64,000 bases of DNA, taken from positions 77,006,001-77,070,000 of the forward strand of contig NC_087437.1 in the NCBI RefSeq assembly GCF_036321535.1, read 5' to 3'. Below are positions 12,931 through 27,277 of the stretch, one piece after another. Origin of the DNA: Camelus dromedarius. Its lineage: Eukaryota. Position numbers and translations under genes: made by a program. Under the pieces are notes generated by a model. That model worked only from the letters and a program-made list of their open reading frames with translations. It ran no database searches and had not been told where the DNA came from. The stretch's first letter is position 1, and each line of letters opens with the position of its first letter.

Positions 12931-14984
12931 TTTACATAAATATATGCATGACAGCCACGTGATGACAGATGGAAATTGATTCTTAGCAGATGTTTTACAG
13001 TTTATTTTTAAAACTATGTGAAAGATATCTGCAAGAAATGACAGTTCCAAAATGAGGTTTTATTCAACTTAATTTTTTGTTCAATATTGTGAATACTCAA
13101 TTGCCCCACTTGGAGGATGCAGTCACAAATGATCTGAGGGATGATGAGAGACCTAAATTCTTCATCTCATCTTAATGTATTAACCAGCAAAAAGTTTTGT
13201 GTTTCAAATTTTGATCATGCAATTTCTCCAAAGAATCATTTTTTTACATTAAAATATATGATGAAATAGGGTGCAAAAGAAACAAATTATAAGTAACTTG
13301 TTAAAAACTGTGTTTGGAATAGATTGCCAATAAAATTATATTTTTTGTCAAATGATCTGCTTTGAAGTATACAGTATGGTAATCAGTGTCTTTGAAGTTT
13401 TAAAGGTTGAATTTAATTATTATAAAATATGAAAATAACCAATAACATGCTTGGTTATTGATACTGGACATATATGCATATCTAGAGATACTAATGCAAA
13501 TAAGATGTTTTCTTTAACCCACTAAAATGCATAGCAAGAAAACATAGTGGGGATATTTGAAGGTACAATTTGTCTATATAGTCATGAAGTGGAAGAGAAT
13601 AAATCTAAATCAATAATAGAATAGAAGAACAATTTTGTAATGAATTGTAAACTATTATTATCATATTTCATGAGCGTATTGCTTTAAAACAACACTCCCT
13701 AAACTATTTGTAGATAGTAGTATAGCCAGAAGTGGAGGTCCAACATCAGTGTTTAATTAACAAATGGTAATCAGTTGGGTGGAATGTACTTTTTGCGCAC
13801 CCTAATAATATCCTAATATTGGCAACAGATTGAACTGAATCTGTGTAAATCCACAAATTCATTAAGAACTGTGAAAGCATAAAAAGTTCTTCAAATTGAT
13901 GATAAGAGCTTCAGTCTTTATATACATACCCATTTGTAAGTTTGTGTTGTTTGTTATAAAATGATCTTTAACAGCCTCCAGAACCTTTAATATAAATATA
14001 TCAAGAGAGTATCTTTGCTTAGGTTTCTTTTTGTTTTCTTTTGTTTTTTCACTTTAACTATCCACACAAGTTTTGCTTCCTAGGTGCAACTCAAGTTCCT
14101 TCTCATGTATCTACTGTTAACGTTCTAGTATAGGTCCTTGTCATCTTTTCCCAATACAGATGTCCTGTAGCCACTTTTCCTAATTATTGCATATCCATTT
14201 TCAGTTCCAGGGACCATATCATTTATTGATTCTAAGTACACAACTTTTCATGTCTTAATTTTTTTTTGAAATTAGTCTACTTCTTACAATAACTGTTAGC
14301 CAGATAGCAGTCATAATGGGGTTATCAGTGTCTTCACCCAAACATCAAGTGCCCCAGTCTCATAATCTGCGTGGATGTCAGTGACTTAAAACAAACTCTG
14401 GTGTAATGATAGAACAACATTCCTAAAGACAAAGTCAAAAGTAGTCTAGTTTTACATGACTGCCCACCTAGCTTTGAGCACTAATGGCTTCTAATTGTTT
14501 TATCAGTTCTTTAAGAACTGTTTTACCAACATTCTTGATGGGACAGGGAAAGATTTAATATGTAAAATCACAGATACTGACCACTCTGAGTTGAAAATGG
14601 CTCAATATTTCATATGAATATATTCTTCATATGAAGAGGCTTTGAAAATACCTTAACCATTTCTTTCCATTGAAATACCCTTTTTAAATGTGTACACAAA
14701 AATGATAACTGATAAAAATCAGTGTTTAATTCTAAAAGTAGTTCTTTCAACATCTATAAACTAATAATTTAAAGTGACAAGGAAACATGGCTTTATGGTT
14801 TAATTAATAGTATTATTTTTTTTTTTTTAGTGTACCTTAAAACTTTTTTGGCATCTTGGTTCAGTAATTCAGTAATTACCTTAGGTCACCTTTCTAATGG
14901 GCTTAACTTCAGTTGAAAAAAAAGTAGCCACCAGCATCTCCCTGTTGGCTTTGAATTACAGTCACAACTCCTTAGCATGATGGG

Positions 14985-15800
14985 GCCTGCTTTAGATTAG
15001 ATTATCTAGAAGCAGAGACCAAAACAGAATTCCTGCGCATTTGATTTGCTTATGTGATGCTTCCAGGTGAAATCTGCGATTGTCTGGGATACAGAATAGA
15101 CAGAAGCAGCATCAGGGTAAGAATGTGTGCTCAGCTGAAGTCTGTGTGAAGTCTAGGTAAATACTTGTGTTCAGGGGTCCTGTGGGGACCCCATGGTGGC
15201 TCTGTACGTTGTCAGTGTAGTTAAGTTGAAACTACATTTCTAGAGTCCCTTTCTCTTTATGGTTTTGGGCTTATGGTTGGCCCCAAGAGAAATACACAGG
15301 AGATTTATAAGGTGGAAGTGAAGCAACAGCCATTCTACTCTGAATGTCAGTGAGGGTCACCAGGTGGTGTTGTAGATCGTTCCGGCCGTTGCTGATAGGC
15401 TGGCTCCCATGCTTGGCAGGAGGCAGCAGCTGAGTCCCTGGCCACTCCAGCTCCCATTTAATCTGCTTCAGTTTCTCTAAGTCCTGAACCAGATGAATGT
15501 GCAGCTCCATGGTGTAGGTCTTCAGCTTCATCTATAGGTCAGCTGCACCGTCGTGATTGGAGGCAGTGGGATTCAGACCTGTACTTCAGTTTGTGCTGGC
15601 TGGTTCTAGACTGCCTTCATGAGTTCCAGTTTGCTCTTGCTCTGTTCCCACCTTCCCTTCCTACGTACCATTCTGCTGGCTCGGCAACTTCAGATCTACT
15701 GTCAGATGCAGAGGCAGCAGGCTTCCGCAGACTTCTTCACCATCACGCATAGTTGCATGGATCTACAGGGCCCTACGGTTTACCGTGTATGTGATTTATA
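14985..15800. mobile_element. ERVL-class LTR fragments (LTR16-like antisense plus LTR33/41-like)
   Basis: agaagcagagaccaaaacagaattcc (LTR16-like end) followed by a GC-richer block ggttggccccaagagaaat...ggaagtgaagcaacagccat. Confidence 0.55.
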
Positions 15801-18099
15801 CCCTCATTTCCTGATACTTCAAATGGGCCCTAATTTTGATGGTGAGTCTTTTGTCTCTTTTCTTAATGACCATTTCTTTTCATACTTCAGACACAGACAG
15901 ATTTTCTTCTCTTTCTGCCTGGAAAGCTGTTAATGCAACCTACTAGATTATTCTCCAGTGTGCCTTTCTCTGGGCTATTACATCACGCTGACATGCCTCT
16001 AATATAGCAACTATTTTATTTGCATTACAGCTACATCTTTGTTTTTAGGTTATTTGACAACTCTGGGTTTGCTGTTATTCAAAGTAGGTAGGATTATCTC
16101 TGAAAGGTTAAATTGCCTTTTATCTTGGGTAATTGAAATTAGAATGCTAGCAGTATTACATTTTTAAATCTTAATATTTATAATGTATGTTTACATTAAG
16201 AGAGTTCTAATTCAGCTTTGTACGAATTACCATTTTCTTATGGGCAAAGTTAGGGCAAATGACGTTAGCTCTTCTGAGGGCAAAAACTGAATGTTACTCA
16301 TCTTTATGTCTCCTCTAGTAGTCAAAGGTAGTAGTGCCTTATTCATTTAGAGACACAATTAATATTTTCATTTTCTTTGGTTTAGCAGAAATAAAAAAAT
16401 TCCCCCAAAATTAAAATTACAATTGGCTGCTTTATATAGTTACTTATTTAGCTTTATTTAGGAGATTATGTTAAAGCTTAGCATATATTCTAATAAAGTC
16501 ATAGTTTAGAAAATGCATTCCAAGCATGAAAGAGTGATGGCATATGTGTTGCAGATGGAAAAGAACAAAAGATGCCGCTTACACTTTCAACATGCTGAAG
16601 ATAATAATGAAGGCTCTTATTTATAAATGACTGTGCTTCTCTCTTATAATGAGGATAAAACAATCCACAGGAACAAAAGGACAGTTTTAGAATGAGTGGT
16701 AAATGTAATAGAGCTACTTAGGAAGGAAGGGAGTCATTACTGAGAGATGAAAGAGAAAAACAAATTGAAACAATGAGATTATATCCCATGATTGTTTTCA
16801 CATTTTTACTTTAGGAAGGTAGATGAGTTACAGAACTCATCTTGATTCTGTTAAGTATTTAAAGTAAAACTAGGAATAGAATTTTGAAAATGTTCTTTAA
16901 AAAATGTGAATGCCACTATTGACTGATGCTGGAGGCTAATTAAGGAATCTCTTAATAATGATGAGAAAACTGGCTCATTCCCAATTCAGACTGATTATCA
17001 CCAAGACAGACAACGTGAGTGATGGCTGTGCAATTCTATTATATATATCAAAGAATCTGTGAGGGAAACTTTGATATCTACAGTAAGATTGTCAATCCAT
17101 GGCAAAATATAGCCAGATCAGATCAATTTTCAATTTTTTTATTTCATAAGAAGATGTGTGGAATAAATGATCAATTGATGGTATACCACAAATGAAAAGT
17201 TGGTTCAATGACATTGTATATTCTGTTTAAAAAAAATTAAAAGCCACCTATCCAGAGCATTGGTGGATCTCATGTTTAAACCTTAAAATGTGGTTGTAAC
17301 ACAGAAGCATGAGATGAAACTTAGACTGTTAAAGTGCTGTGTTTTATTCCAAATCTAACCATTCTATTAAGGAACTTAATTCAGTTGTATTTAATAAGTA
17401 TACTTTGGAAAGTTTTAAGTTATAGCACTTGGCTATAATGGAATTTGTTGTTCTATTTTAAGAATAGAACAGAATTTAAATTTTAAGAATAGAGCACTTA
17501 CATACATTGTCAAGCATATTATTACCTAGATTTGAATAAATTGCAGATAAGAATATGCCCCTGAAATGTTAAAAACCTTACCCACTGATTTCCATTGCCT
17601 TATAAGTGGTTTAGTCACTACAGTAGCATTCTAAATATTCTATCTTATTTGGTGTGAACACAAGGTCTGATGACTGCGATTAAAGGTTAGCATCATTATT
17701 TCTGATGAAAAATGTTGGCTTATTGTTCCTGACAATAATTGAGATAGTTGGGCAGACTCTGTCTCCACCTAGAAAATATGTATTTTACTTGCCAAGAGAA
17801 TATTAAATTTGCAAATGAATCTAATATTTAGTTTAATAATATTTTGAGATAATGACAGAATTTTGTATTTTCTTACAAAGACCAAAATTTTCTCATCATC
17901 TTGAGGCTATTTGCCCAGTGACTCAGTGGTATTTATTCATTCTGGGAAAGAGTTGACAGAGACTAAAACAAAGAAGTCTGTTGAATTTCTGAGCACATTT
18001 TTAAAATGTAGAACTGTCTTGGAATAGGATAGAGTCTCTAGTGCAAATACTAGAATTTTTGTAGACAAAAGGATTTGGGCTCCATTATGTTAAAAGGCT

Positions 18100-19000
18100 A
18101 GTGAGCTCAGAACAGAAAGATTATACCTACACCACATAACAAAGGAAATGTATGAATTTTATAAGAGCTCTTTTTCTTGCTACAGCAAATGGAGAAAACA
18201 GTAGAACCAATCAGATGGAGAGAGAGAGAGAGAAAGAGATTTAGAAGAGATATGGCTAGAGCTTTAGATGCTCCTTGAGTTCCTTAAAAAAGACCTAAAA
18301 CTTTCTCCAGGACAGATTGCAAAAGGTGGATGTGAGAGTAAGTTTAGTGGGGTCTGAGACAGACAAGACTTGTGTCTCCTTCCTAGCCTGTGGCATGGAG
18401 AAATTAGACTCTCTTAGAGTGATCCCATGTCCAGACTGAATCCTGAGGGTGGTTCTAACAATGCATAAGGGTGGAGTCAAAGGGGATGGACCTAAAGTTA
18501 GATTTGTTGAGTCCTTGCATCCCATCACTAACTGGGAGTGTCTATGAAAGTTCCCGGGGTCCAGTTGGAGAGTATGGTTTTGGCTGAGAACAAATGAACA
18601 GAAGCAAAGATATACATGGATGCACAATGAGACATAGACCTGGATCCCAGAGGTCATGGGAGGATCATGGACATTAGCAGTAGAGGTTATACAATGATGG
18701 AGACCAAGCAGAATGAGTTACTCTTAGTGGAGGCCAGAGCAGATGAAAAATAATGGTAGAAAAAATTGTCCCATGATGCCACTCTAATCCTGCCTGTCAA
18801 ATTTGGATCACTTCAAAGAGAAGGACAAAAGAAAAGAGAGGACTATTGAGAAAGACTCATAATTGACTGACTAATTATGTAAGTATCTAACCTAAAAACT
18901 GAACTGATTGCCTAAAAATGAGAGGTATTGAGCAAAATGAGGATTTCTAAAATATGCTGAGTATAAAGTATAAAGTCACATAAGCATAAGCCCATTGTGT
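18100..19000. mobile_element. Probable ancient LTR (Gypsy/ERVL-like)
   Basis: G-rich block distinct from AT-rich flanks; only weak family resemblance. Confidence 0.3.
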
Positions 19001-19759
19001 TGCTAAAATCTTGTGCCTGCCATCTGGCTATTATTATTTTACAAGTAAGAATTTTAACATATTCAATTATATTTATTTAACAAAGTGAAACGCCAAATTA
19101 GAACTTTAACAAAGGCCATATTTTAGTCAAAGTACTAGCTATAAACTTTGGAAGATCAAACTCCAACTGATTAACAGTTCAAGAAAAAACAAGAGAAGAT
19201 ATAGTTGGGAAAAACATACATACTTACCTGGAACTCAAAACTGAAAGTTTTCTTATCTTGGCAATCTTCTCCAAGATGCATTTGCATTTTGAAATCCCCT
19301 ATTGCAAAACTGTATTCAGTAAAAAATAATTTCTGATGTGCTCAGTAGGAGAAAACTAGCCTCATACATGTCCTGTGATGAGTGATTTAAGCCCTGATCG
19401 ACTCATAAAACACCCTTTTGTACTTATTCAGGTCTGCCTTGAATTACTGAATATATCCTTTTAATATCTTTGCTCTGCTCCCATTTAAATAGTGGGATAG
19501 ATGTAAATTATCCTTTAAAGGTGCTGTAAGAAATGTCTAATAAGCCATGAAAATAAAATATATCTGATTATGAGTACTTTAACAGCTAATTGGACAAAAA
19601 TATAATCTGTTTTCTCTTCCATAAATAATTTTAGGTACAAATAATGCCAAGGTATTTGTAATAAGTAGCTGGGATAAAATAGTTATTTTTTATTGGTCAC
19701 CAATGTTATCACAGTTGGAAACTAGAGAGGAGCAGTAGAAAGTCTCATGAATTATGGTA

Positions 19760-20300
19760 CCAGAGTACTGGGTCACCTTGAGCACATCACTTATTTGAGT
19801 CTTTATTTGTAAAATGAGAGTTTAGACATTGTAAAATGAGAGCTAGAGTTGCTAAAGCTTCTTTTTGTTTTTTGATCATGTAGATCCTTTGATATTCTGA
19901 AAGAGGTGATGCCTGAGCTGAATATTTGAAAGATGAGTTAGAAAGAACAACAAGGATTTTGGAGAAAGGCATATGAGATTGAAAAAAATAAAATGGCAGG
20001 CACAAAGATGTGGGAAGAGAGTTCTTGGAGTATAGCAGGTACTGCTAACCGCTCAGTATGCCTAGAATATTAAGTGATGAGACTGGAAAGGAAGAAAAGC
20101 CACACCATACAGGCTCGTGGGTGGCATTAGGAGTGGAAACTGAGGTTTAGATGCCAAGACACTTGAGTTTAGACCAATCTGCACTTAAGAAGCATTGGGG
20201 AGTTGGGCAGGTGAATTAACTCCTGTCTTTTAATGTATGAAAAGGAGAGGTTTAGAGTTGATAAATTTTATATTTTCCTTATTATTTTAGAATTCTTCCA
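19760..20300. mobile_element. MIR / L2 / MIR cluster
   Basis: gggtcaccttgagcacatcactt (MIR); gaggtgatgcctgagctgaatatttgaaagatgag (L2 antisense); gagttgggcaggtgaattaac (MIR). Confidence 0.65.
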
Positions 20301-23300
20301 TTCATACTTTTTCTTTACATTTTTGTGATTCTACAGCCTTATCAATCAAAAGTAATTTCTCTTACTATGTATATACACATTCCTTTAAAGTTTAGTTTCA
20401 TGTTTATTAGAAATACAGGGAAAATATTAATCTTAAAAAGAAGACATTAGAAACAAATAAATGCTATTCAAAAATACTTTTTAGTTTTATTTATTAACGT
20501 AACAAAAGACATCTTTTTTCACTAAATAATACAATTAGCAGTGGAATACTTTTCAATAATTTAAAAAATTTAGGTTTAACATTCTGTGATGCTGCAATAT
20601 GTTCCTTTACTTTAAAGAGAAACATGAAGGACATTTTTAATAGATTCCTACCCACACCCATTTGTTATTGTAAAGGTTAAAAAATGTGAAATTCTTATCT
20701 TTTTGTAAAAGAAAAAAAAATTTAATTGGTATCTAAATTTAACAGCTCTTCTATGGTCTTTGCTGTGAGTTAGCTTATGAAAATTCATGTACTACAAAAT
20801 ATTTTCATGGTCACTTGAAACTTGATAACATTACAAATTTTTGTAAAGATTTTACCATTTAAAGGTCTTGTTTTTTATAAAATTAACCACATTAGAGTTC
20901 CCTTATGCTTCCCTGCATATATCATTAGTGACAACCAAGTGAAGGAATGAGTGCCAATTTGGGTATTAAAAATAAACATTTTTTTAAAATAAACAAAAAC
21001 ATAGAAAGAGAAGTCCTATTGTTTTCATCCTACATCCCAATATACCACTTTGGAGCCTGTTTCTTTAATTAATTTAGAAAAAAATTTATATGAACAACTT
21101 TGAACAACTTTTTAACTATTATTCACATTGGTATTATAAGAAGATCTTTAATTATTAAGTGATTTATAATTTAACATTAAGAGCAAAATGTTTCTTGGAA
21201 AAGATTAAATTCTAAAAGAAACTTGGTGCCAATGCCTTTTTTCTCTGAGCAATTATGAAGATGTTTTTCTGGAAAACCTAATTTGAAGTTTTATTTCTTA
21301 GGCTATCATTAATTAGCATAAGTTGCTTAGAGGATGTTTGGGGAGAGGAAGAGAAACAGGAAAGGCCACCTGCGGAACACAATAATCAGAAGTTGTTACA
21401 TGGAGGTTTCAGCATTAAAATTTTTACAAAGGAAAGGCACATACTGTAGTGATTATTGATTGCCTGTTGGGGAAGGGAGGGTGGGGGTGAAAAAGAGAGC
21501 AGGGGACTTTAAGGGTTTGAACATCTGATTAAGAAGCACAATTAGAGAATCCAGGAAGGGAAATACATTTGTGCAGATGGCTGTGAAAGGAAAACGATTG
21601 TCGTTGCTGTTGTGAGTCATAAATTCACTCTTTTTCCTCACAGAAGAGATAATTGATGCTTCAAAAATTATGGACCAAAAGTACAGCAGTGAATCCAGAG
21701 TTAGTCTTGGGTTCATATTATCTTTTCTTAAATGTTACTGGAAGAATGGCTTTTAGGACATAACGAAATTCTATTCCTAATGATAAAAAATATTTCAAAA
21801 CAGGGAACCAGGGCAGTTGTTTCCCCTTATGAAGTGGTCTATTTTTGAACTTCATGCAATGTTCATTTTCATCGAAACTTGTAGTTTTTTCAGAAAATGA
21901 CAGGGATATAATTAGAGAAAAATGGATCAGCTTGCTTTATTTAAAGGTTTAGTTATTTATTTTTAACAAGAAAGAGGAAGCAGGCAGGAGAAGAAATACC
22001 GGAACAAAGACCACATATGGGGATAATGTGTGATTTCAGTTTCTCCCAAATGGTCGTTATTTCCTTACTTGTACTTTCTTTACAGTCATCCACCTTCCTT
22101 TCCTTGCTCAGCGAAATGTGTTTTTCTTCTCTTGTTGAAGCAAAACCCTTATCCCTCTACTTTCTTGGGGAATTTCATAGTTGAATTTTCTATGTTATTA
22201 TTATTTTTATTTGCAGTTGAGCAAAATTATCTCCCTGAGCTGCAATATTTTTTTCTGTAAAATGGGAGCTAATAATTCAATCTTTTCATTATAAATCCTT
22301 AAGAGGTAGAAATAGTTGGTTTCTCTCCTTCTACTTGCAGTATATATCATGATACCTCACTCATGGTGGTAGCTCAATAAGTATTAATTTTTTCTGAATA
22401 ACAGACTGGCAGTTGTTCCCCCAAATGGCCATTATTTATTGAGCTAATATGTGTGAAATAACTTTGTCAAATAAGGAAATACATAAATATATTTTTATAA
22501 ATTGTCACAAAGGGATTTAATTATTCCCATGTTATGTAAATCATACCAAGACACAAAGAAGACTCAAGACCAAGTTATATAATAATCATCAAAGCAGGAA
22601 GGACTCTTATTATGGACAAAACACTGTGCTATTATATATATTTAACTCATTTATTCTTTACCACAAGATTTCACTTAGGGTTGTCCACACTAGACAGCAG
22701 AACTTTAACTCCAATTATCATATATGTACAATCCTTTTAGAACACTTATGTACAACATATGTAACATCAAGATAATTTTAGCTATTCTTTAATGCAGGAT
22801 TTAGTGGCATGCTCAAAAAGAATTTGTTGATACTAATATCTAAATATACACTGTAAGAAGGAATAGAATTAGCTCACTGTACAGACACAAACCCTAATAG
22901 TTTAGACATCATTCCCCAGATCTTTTCCCCCAAGAACTGGTGGTAGCTCTCAGTGTAGCTAAGGAGTGTAGCCCAGTATAGATCCATTTCTGTATGTTTT
23001 ATATTGTTCTTGTCTCATGCTGAGATGTCTGCTTCTTGTGTGTAGTTTTGTTTTTGTTTTTTTTTTTTAGTTAACTTCCTGATTAGCTTGAGGAGTTACC
23101 ATGGACATTTTTCGCTATGACCTGAGTTTTTACACTGTGTTTCTTGTGAAATGGAAGAGGGGACAACAAAAGAATCATCCAAACGTTTCTGTCAGTGAGA
23201 CTCTCTTTTTGTTTGGGTCCTGAACTCAAAATGGCATCCCAGTGAATTAAAAGACACCAATGACATAATGGATTCTGTTCTGTACCATTAAATGGCATCT

Positions 23301-24409
23301 TGTCCTCGAGTTTTGTGGGACAGACAGTCAGTGGAATCATACTATTATGATTGCTGAACACCAGTTTCTGATTGCTGCCAACATCCTGTGGTCCTGTGTT
23401 CTGTGGCTGAATTATTCTGCAATAGCTCTTTCCAGATATACCGTTCCTTCTTCTCTACCTTTCCTACCACACTTATTGACATGCCACTTATTCCCCTGCT
23501 ATTCTTGCCTCAAGATGCTGTCTTAGATTATTTCCAGGTTGTATACACCTTTATCATTATTAATTTAGCAAGTAGTTATATTTTGTACGTTAATCTTTGG
23601 TTTAAGATTCCATAGAACATATACTCAAGCCATTTTATAAAGAGAATTCTTGCCCAAAGACTGCCAGATAGCAAAACTCCAAGAGAAGTGGTCACTTAGA
23701 AAATGGTCGGCCATGGGTTTCTTTGCATCTCTGGCAAAGTAAGTTCCCTTTGAAATATTACTGTGAATAAGTCATTGTGTAGTCTATAGGCCAGCTCTAA
23801 TATTTCTGTTCTCTGAAATGCGCTAGTGGAATGTCATGCAAGCCCAGCATATAGCAGGTGGGGCTTCTAAGGGCAATGCCCCTAAACAGCTTTCAATGCT
23901 ACAGACTTCCACATTGCTTCCAGTTGAACTGGCATCCTGCCTAAGAAAAGCAGAGACTTCATGGTTTAGGAGAGCAGCCTTGACCCATGTTATTTAGTTT
24001 TTGACAGTGTCTTTGCTGAGATATGAACTCAAAATATGCTTTTGACATTGAGTATGCCACCGTGTCTCTCTCTTTTTCTTTGCATCTGTCGTATCTACCA
24101 GATACAGGAATGCCAATGATAAATGACAAAGAAAAAAGAATGACTAAGCAATTGAGTGTATTAAGCATTCATCTCCCAGAGCCCCTAAGCTAATTATTTA
24201 GTCTCAGGTCATTCATGTTAGGTTCACTCTTCCCTCACAGTGTATTTTCATCACCCAGGTATATTACTTCCTATTTGTCAAAATCAATATAAGAAACAGT
24301 AGCAGTAAGTTCCCAAGAATATTGTCCTCATATTTTTCGTTAAAAAATTAAAGGAATCCCACCTGTCCTCCCAAAGTACTATATTATTTAGCAATCAGTA
24401 TATTTACCC

Positions 24410-25480
24410 ATCCATCCATTCCTTCACTTGTTCATTCACCCACATACTTAACAGGAAGGTTTTTTATGCCAAATTAATTTCCAAGGACCCTGCTGGGTTC
24501 CAGGGATATGGAGGTGAACAAGCCAGAACCCTTTTCTGAGGGAGGGATCACAACCTTATGGTTTAATCAGATTTTTTTAAAAAATCAAAGAATTACAGTA
24601 GGCAGGCCTATGCTAGGATTTTGACAAAGACTATTTTAATACATCATAAGAGCACCTGATTAAATTGAGAAAGTCAGGAAGAGTTTTCCTGAGGAGGTAG
24701 CACTTGAATTATGTCTTGAAAACAAATAATCCAATTGGATAGAGGAAGTAACTGTGCTCTGTGCATATGCAATGTCCTCCAAGCATGCAGTGAGCACGAT
24801 ATATTCCAGGGCTACCTGTGATCAGTGAGGTGGCACTGGGACGATGTGTAGGTTGCAGAAGCCAACCCTTGTATGACATTTAAAAAAACTTCTATTTGAT
24901 TCTGAAGGCAGGGTTTATCCAATGAAGTGTTTTAAGCAGTAGATTCATGCCCAGGCTTGTGGCTTTATTAAATTCTGACATAAGGAATTGATTAGAAGGG
25001 TTGAGGCAGTAGACAAGGAAGTAAATCAGGAGGTCCTGACACTAATGACCCCTTTACCTAATTAAATTATTTTCTTCGTATTGACCTATTAACTGTCTCC
25101 TTATCATAAATCGTCTTACCTTTTACCAGTCTGCCTGAGATATCTTAGAGTATATTTGATTAAAATGTTTATTAAAGATAGTATGTGCACAATACTATAA
25201 GAAACTAGAGTAATAAAAGATAAATATGGACATTTTCTCTTTTCAAGATTTTTTTGTTAAATTGGAAATATTCAGGACCTAAGTGTCTTTAAATAGACAG
25301 GTTGGAAGAAGAATGTTCATGAGAGAGGTTGAAAAGGAGCGATAATACCTATTTGAGATAGAGGAAGATTGTGAAAATCTTCAACAGGAAAATTATCAGA
25401 AGAAAATGAATAGAATTTCAATCACTGAAACTAAGAAAGAGAAGAATAAATTTCTAAGAAAGTGATGTTAGGCAGATCCC
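24410..25480 (-). mobile_element. L2 fragments
   Basis: catccatccattccttcacttgttcattca terminus; aagtcaggaagagttttcctgaggaggtagcacttgaa. Confidence 0.75.
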
Positions 25481-25644
25481 CTGGCGTGCATCTTGTAGCA
25501 TTTTTTTTCCCTTCTTTAGGGAGTAGAGGTAATTAATGGATTATGACTCATACTTAAGAGACTAACCAAGGTGGCTATGTCCTTTTGTAGGTTATTTGTA
25601 TATTGTATAGTGACAGAATAAATGAAATATGCCAAGTTTCTGTT

Positions 25645-27160
25645 TCAGTTCATTCAAGCAAACATTTATTTTGTTTCTTCTATGTCACAGGTACTATTCA
25701 AGGTCCTAGAAATATAATGGTGAAAAAGACAAGCAAAATGCATGTCTTAAATATATTAACATTCTATCTGGGGAAGACATATGATAAACATATAAACATG
25801 TCAATGAATTAAGTTATTTCTGTGTTACATTTTATAAAAGAAATAAATCTAACTAATGGGACAGACACTCAGGTGGGTAGGGCTTGGGCAGCCTATTCAG
25901 ATAAGTGATTGTGGGAAATTTCTGATTAGTTTGGCTTTTAAAAAAGCTTTTTAATGAGGTATAAATATACGCAAAAAGGTGTATAAGAATCACTCAACTT
26001 ATAGACATGGCTTCATCTTTTGGGGGGCATGTTTTTGCTTGTTCACCATGTAGATCAAGTTATGGACCATGTCCAGTACTGCAGAATCTTCCCTTTAGCT
26101 CCTTCCCTAGCAATACCCTGTTGTTGAACTGCCTGTTAAATATTTAACTTTTGAAATAAGACCTGAGTAGTGAGAAGAGATCAAGTCTGTGAAAATTTGC
26201 AAGCAGGATATTCTAGGCAAAGGGAACAACAAGTACAAAATGCTGAGGCAAGAAAACGCTTCCTTGTTCAACACAAAATTAATGTCAAAGTGGCTGTAAC
26301 ATAGGGAAACAGAAAAATGGTAGAAGATTATATCAGAGGGTTATGCAGCAGGCAGGTTATATACGGCTTTTTGGTTACACAAAAGAATCTGATTTTTCTG
26401 CTTCCGATGTGGAACCTGTTGAAGGAATACAAAAAATGTCAGAGATCATTGATTGTTGTAAACATTCATTCCAAAAAAGTTTACGCGGAAAGTTATGTGG
26501 AGACTGAACTATGACAGTGGGCATGGAAGCTGGGAGCTCAACAGTGAGATTGTTTTCAAGAAAATAGATGATGAAATCTTGAATTTTGTTAGTAGCAGTG
26601 AAAATGGATAGCATTTGCTAGTTTCAGTCAAAATGTAAAGCCATAAAGCAAGGCAGTGGGGCAGAGTAACTGGCTGTGGCATATTCAAAATAAATAAATT
26701 GAGGAGGATTTCTAGGCCTAAGCAACTGAGTGACTAACGGAAATATTCATAGAGATGGAGAATATTTGGGGAAGAATAATTTTGGCAAGTGTTACAGGTA
26801 TATGTCAAGACATTATTCTGTTTTGACCACTTGTGTTTGAGATGTCCAGGGGAGATAGTTAGACAGACTTTGGATTATATTTGGGGATTCTGTGTTAGAT
26901 ATGGTATTTCAAAGCAGAATGAAATTACTCAAGGAGGGAGTACAGACAGAGAAACAAAACTGAAGGATAGCAGCAGAGAAGTAAAACTAGCAAGGAAGAT
27001 TCGGAAGGAGTAAACAGAAAAATAAGGAGATAAGTAAGAGAATGAGATACAGGAAAAGCCAACTACAACAATCTCTTTCAGACTCAGTGTCAGAGACTTT
27101 GATAACACAAAAGGTTGAGAATTGGCCATAGAATTTGGCAAGATTAGAGAACTCTGGGGA
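25645..27160 (-). mobile_element. Long L2 fragment with nested old L1 piece (~25943-26125)
   Basis: ttcattcaagcaaacatttatt...tatgtcacaggtactattcaagg; ttttgaccacttgtgtttgagatgtcc; gagaattggccatagaatttggcaa. Confidence 0.8.
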
Positions 27161-27277
27161 ACAAAGAGTTTCTATTTCTTGTTAGTCCAAAATTCTTTTA
27201 TCTATTGATTTAGTCATTATTGAGGAAGAATTTACACAAAAGCTGTGGTCTCTTTTTTCTTTTTTTCTTTAAAATTC

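Noticed and set aside
18295..18657. 120-aa minus-strand ORF
   Set aside because: Lies in probable LTR-derived DNA, with no recognisable similarity or splice context
23050..23460. T-run plus unique sequence as a possible processed pseudogene or coding exon
   Set aside because: No polyA signal or TSD found; all plus frames close shortly after the acceptor; minus ORF unrecognisable
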